The notes under the pieces were generated by a model that saw nothing but the letters and a program-made list of their open reading frames with translations, searched no databases and had not been told where the DNA came from. This document shows positions 29,043 through 32,000 of a stretch of 32,000 nt of DNA, in pieces (position 1 is the first letter of the stretch; each line of letters opens with the position of its first letter). This DNA comes from Desulfotalea psychrophila LSv54 (lineage in GTDB: Bacteria; Desulfobacterota; Desulfobulbia; Desulfobulbales; Desulfocapsaceae). Where the stretch lies: the NCBI RefSeq assembly GCF_000025945.1, contig NC_006138.1, positions 600,001-632,000 on the forward strand, given 5' to 3'. Position numbers and translations under genes: made by a program.

Positions 29043-30431
29043 ATGAATAAAACCAACCAGCCACAAACAATAGAAGCACCAGAAAAGATCAAACTCAGCT
29101 GTACAGTAATTGCTCAGGGGCAACATCCAATTACCAAAAAGATGCTTGATCCCGATGCCCTTTTTGTACTTGAAAAATTACGCAATGCGGGCTTTTCTGG
29201 CTACCTTGTAGGTGGTGGTGTTCGGGATCTCTATCTTGGTAAAACGCCAAAGGATTTCGACATAAGTACCAATGCCCGCCCCGGGCAACTGCGCAAACTC
29301 TTCAAAAACTCCAATACCATCGGTCGCAGATTTCGTCTGGTACAGGTTTTCTTCAAAGGCGGCAAAACCATTGAAGTATCCACCCTCCGTTCACTCAGTG
29401 AGCATGATCTGGATGGGCCCGAGGCAATCCTTGCCCCCAATAACACCTTTGGCACTCTGGACGAAGATGCTCAACGTCGTGACCTCACCATAAATTCCCT
29501 CTTTTATGAAATAGAAACTCACTCCATTATTGACTATGTGGGAGGAGTTGAAGATCTTGAAAAGGGTATTGTTCGTATCGTTGGTGATCCGAAAAAAAGA
29601 ATCACCCGCGATCCCGTTCGCATAATGCGCGCCATTCGCCACTGCAGCCGCAACGATTTCACAATTGAAGAGAAGAGCTGGGAGGCAATTTGCGACCAAC
29701 ATCAGCAACTTGCCCTCTGCCCACCCTCACGCCTACGAGACGAGTTCCTCAAGGATCTCTATAACTGCAAGATTGCTCCCTGGTTTGAGCTGGCAGAAAA
29801 ATCATCGATCTTCACCATCCTCATTAAGGGATATCTAGGCAAACTAGACCTCCCCTTTAACGAAACACGATCCTGTCGAGAACAGATCGCCGCGACCATG
29901 GCAACCATCGACAGAATGAATATCCAGGCCCTGGAACAAAAAACTCCACGTCAACCGGATTACGTCCTCTTTGCCCTGGTACTTATAGCCTGGGCTGAAA
30001 GCGAATTTTCCCTGCTCTCAGAACAGCGAAAGGGCGCTTTGGCCTTCCAACTTGGCAAAAAAATACGCACTGACCTTGACAAGAACCTCGGTATCGACCT
30101 TAACCTGCGAAGATCTCTCCGTCAGGAGATGACAACCCTTCTGGTCAATCTGCCTCTCTTTATCATGCATGACAATGGCAAGGATTGGCCTAAGTGGTTA
30201 CAAAAGAAGAGCTACTTCCCAAGATGCCTCCTCTTTTATAACTGCTACAAAAATACCCTCAGCCAGGAAGAGGCGGAGCTTATCGACATCCCTGCAGAGC
30301 CCATGCCTGCCGCAGAAGAACAGTCCAGCGCTCCTACTCCACCACCGGCTAAAGGCAAAAAAAATTCGAAGGATAAAACTGCCCTTTCATCCTCCAGACC
30401 GGGCGGAATTTTCGGCTTTAAAAAAGATTAA
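29043..30431 (+). CDS. pcnB: Poly(A) polymerase / CCA-adding-type nucleotidyltransferase (PcnB-like)
   Basis: GFSGYLVGGGVRDLYLGKTPKDFDISTNARP, GRRFRLVQVFF, RRDLTINSLFYEIETHSIIDYVGGVEDLEKGIVRIVGDPKKRITRDPVRIMRAIR; lysine-rich C-terminal tail. Confidence 0.9.
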   Translation: MNKTNQPQTIEAPEKIKLSCTVIAQGQHPITKKMLDPDALFVLEKLRNAGFSGYLVGGGVRDLYLGKTPKDFDISTNARPGQLRKLFKNSNTIGRRFRLVQVFFKGGKTIEVSTLRSLSEHDLDGPEAILAPNNTFGTLDEDAQRRDLTINSLFYEIETHSIIDYVGGVEDLEKGIVRIVGDPKKRITRDPVRIMRAIRHCSRNDFTIEEKSWEAICDQHQQLALCPPSRLRDEFLKDLYNCKIAPWFELAEKSSIFTILIKGYLGKLDLPFNETRSCREQIAATMATIDRMNIQALEQKTPRQPDYVLFALVLIAWAESEFSLLSEQRKGALAFQLGKKIRTDLDKNLGIDLNLRRSLRQEMTTLLVNLPLFIMHDNGKDWPKWLQKKSYFPRCLLFYNCYKNTLSQEEAELIDIPAEPMPAAEEQSSAPTPPPAKGKKNSKDKTALSSSRPGGIFGFKKD

Positions 30432-30474
30432 TTTCCCATAGCAGCAAACTAGCCGAACAATCGCCAGATTACTG

Positions 30475-30503
30475 CCTTCTAACTGTAGCATACAGTTAGA
30501 AGG
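30475..30503. repeat. Perfect 13-bp inverted repeat (hairpin)
   Basis: CCTTCTAACTGTA-GCA-TACAGTTAGAAGG, 44 bp after pcnB and 283 bp before the hydrogenase start; no T-tract follows. Confidence 0.85.
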
Positions 30504-30785
30504 ACAGATGAGCTAAGTATCAAAAAAACTTGTGTCTTTTCATAAAAAATACTTGTCGAACAGGTCCCAATTAAGTACCCTCAGTTATTTACCGAAAAAA
30601 GATCTTTTCTTTACATCTAGTAGATTTTGCTGCTATTTTGCGCATTGCTAAGCTCCATCCACTCATGAGGCACAGCAAGGTGTTGATTTTTTATAGACTT
30701 TTTTTGTTCATATTTATCGGTTTAAATAATACCCGATACAATCGCGCCTAGCGCACAATTGTTGCAACAACAATAGGAGGTTGAT

Positions 30786-31880
30786 ATGGCAGACACGGTA
30801 AACACAACTATGAATCCAAAGCTTAATCGGCGTGGATTCCTGAAAGGATGTACGATGGTCGCAGCCGCATTGGGGCTTTCCGATGCGATGATTCCCAAAT
30901 TGGTAGAAGCCGCCTCTTCGGGCCAAAGACCACGGGTTATCTGGCTCCACTTCCAAGAATGCACAGGATGTACCGAAAGTCTCCTCCGGGCATCTCACCC
31001 CGATCTCGCCCGTTTAATCCTTGACGTTATCTCCCTTGATTACCACGAAACGGTTATGGCAGCAGCCGGTTATCAGGCCGAGGCTAACCTGCACGACACC
31101 GTTGATAACCACCCCTTCATCCTTATTGTTGAAGGGGCTATCCCAGTAAAAGACAATGGAATTTACTGTAAAATCGGCGGTAGAACAGCACTGGAAATTC
31201 TTGGTGAGGTTGCACCGAAGGCCACGGCGATCATTGCCATTGGTACCTGTGCCACTTCCGGTGGTATCCAGGCCGCATCTCCCAACCCCACCGGAGCCGT
31301 TGGCGTTGAGGACCTTCCTGAGTTGACAGGCAATGTACCCATTGTCAACATCCCGGGATGCCCACCAAACCCCGTTAATCTATTAGGTACAATCCTTTAT
31401 TATCTTACCTTCAAGAGACTTCCTGCTCTCGATAGCCAAAAAAGACCTCTCTTTGCCTACGGACGAAGAATTCACGATCAATGTGAACGCCGTGGCCACT
31501 TTGACGAGGGTCGTTTTGCTGAAAAGTTCGGTGATAAGTTTCACCAGATGGGCTATTGCCTCTACAAGGTCGGCTGTAAAGGCCCTGAGACCTTCGCTAA
31601 CTGTCCAACAGCACGCTTTAACGATGTTGGTGTCTGGCCAGTAAGCATTGGCCATGGTTGCATCGGTTGTACCGAGAAAAATTTCTGGGATACCATGACT
31701 CCGTTCTACGAAAGATTACCCAACGTAAAGATCCCCGGCACCGGTATCGTGGCCGATGCAGATAAGATCGGCAAGGTGCTGGTTGGTGCTACTGCCGTCG
31801 GTGTTGCAGCCCACGCCGCAATCGGAATTGGCAAACGCCTTATCAAGGGTAAGCCGAAAGAGAAGGAAGACAAGGAGTAG
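30786..31880 (+). CDS. [NiFe]-hydrogenase small subunit with Tat signal peptide
   Basis: 364 aa. Twin-arginine motif NRRGFLKGCTMVAAAL, N-terminal cluster motif LHFQECTGCTESLLRASHP, C-terminal cluster region GCKGPETFANCPTARFN...GHGCIGCTEKNFWD. Ribosome-binding site TAGGAGG. Confidence 0.95.
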   Translation: MADTVNTTMNPKLNRRGFLKGCTMVAAALGLSDAMIPKLVEAASSGQRPRVIWLHFQECTGCTESLLRASHPDLARLILDVISLDYHETVMAAAGYQAEANLHDTVDNHPFILIVEGAIPVKDNGIYCKIGGRTALEILGEVAPKATAIIAIGTCATSGGIQAASPNPTGAVGVEDLPELTGNVPIVNIPGCPPNPVNLLGTILYYLTFKRLPALDSQKRPLFAYGRRIHDQCERRGHFDEGRFAEKFGDKFHQMGYCLYKVGCKGPETFANCPTARFNDVGVWPVSIGHGCIGCTEKNFWDTMTPFYERLPNVKIPGTGIVADADKIGKVLVGATAVGVAAHAAIGIGKRLIKGKPKEKEDKE

Positions 31881-31959
31881 GGTCTTTTTAAGAATCAATA
31901 TACCCGCCAGGAGCGATACTCCCGGCATGGTGTTCATATAATTTTCGGAGGTTTTACGT

Positions 31960-32000
31960 ATGGCTCAGCGAATTACCATTGATCCTATTACTCGGATCGA
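31960..32000 (+). CDS. [NiFe]-hydrogenase large subunit, N-terminus only (runs off the window)
   Basis: MAQRITIDPITRI after a CGGAGG ribosome-binding site; this is the expected large-subunit N-terminal motif (PxTRIEGH). Confidence 0.9.
   Translation, partial: MAQRITIDPITRI

Noticed and set aside
30751-30766. Sigma-54-like promoter GCGCACAATTGTTGCA before the hydrogenase operon
   Set aside because: The -24 GG is not intact, and a start about 12 nt after the -12 element would fall within the ribosome-binding site, so it is unlikely to be the operon promoter.
1-32000. CRISPR array, rRNA, tRNA or complete insertion sequence
   Set aside because: No regularly spaced direct repeats, no tRNA or rRNA signature and no transposase or integrase motif were seen in any supplied ORF or in the gaps that were read. 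A tRNAscan-SE and Infernal run would be needed to exclude divergent examples.

Overview
This window looks like a mostly ordinary chromosomal segment of a sulfate-reducing, Desulfobulbaceae-like deltaproteobacterium; that taxonomic placement is inferred from gene content only. Supported genes, left to right: the 3' end of a siroheme/4Fe-4S sulfite or nitrite reductase-like protein; an FAD-dependent disulfide oxidoreductase with a C-terminal rhodanese domain; a YkgJ-like cysteine-cluster protein; an EamA/DMT transporter; a cupin; a hypothetical; an acyl-CoA synthetase; an H-NS-family protein; a broken DUF401-like membrane protein; pta-ackA; hslO; a tungstate/molybdate-type ABC transporter (wtpABC/modABC-like); an MFS transporter; a CinA-like molybdopterin-binding domain protein; a DUF4242 protein; a DUF2235 protein; a methyl-accepting chemotaxis protein; aspS and hisS; a frameshifted nitronate monooxygenase; pcnB; and the start of a [NiFe]-hydrogenase operon (small subunit complete, first codons of the large subunit). 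The least ordinary stretch is about 19.1-22.3 kb. It has low coding density, a decayed adenosine deaminase start not listed in the ORF track, a short tandem repeat, an isolated DUF2235 gene and an unexplained roughly 450-bp non-coding segment. I found no CRISPR array, rRNA, tRNA or recognisable transposase, and I do not see convincing evidence for a new multi-gene system. Most findings are disrupted genes, hairpins or isolated accessory genes. All family assignments come from motif recognition by eye; no database search was run.
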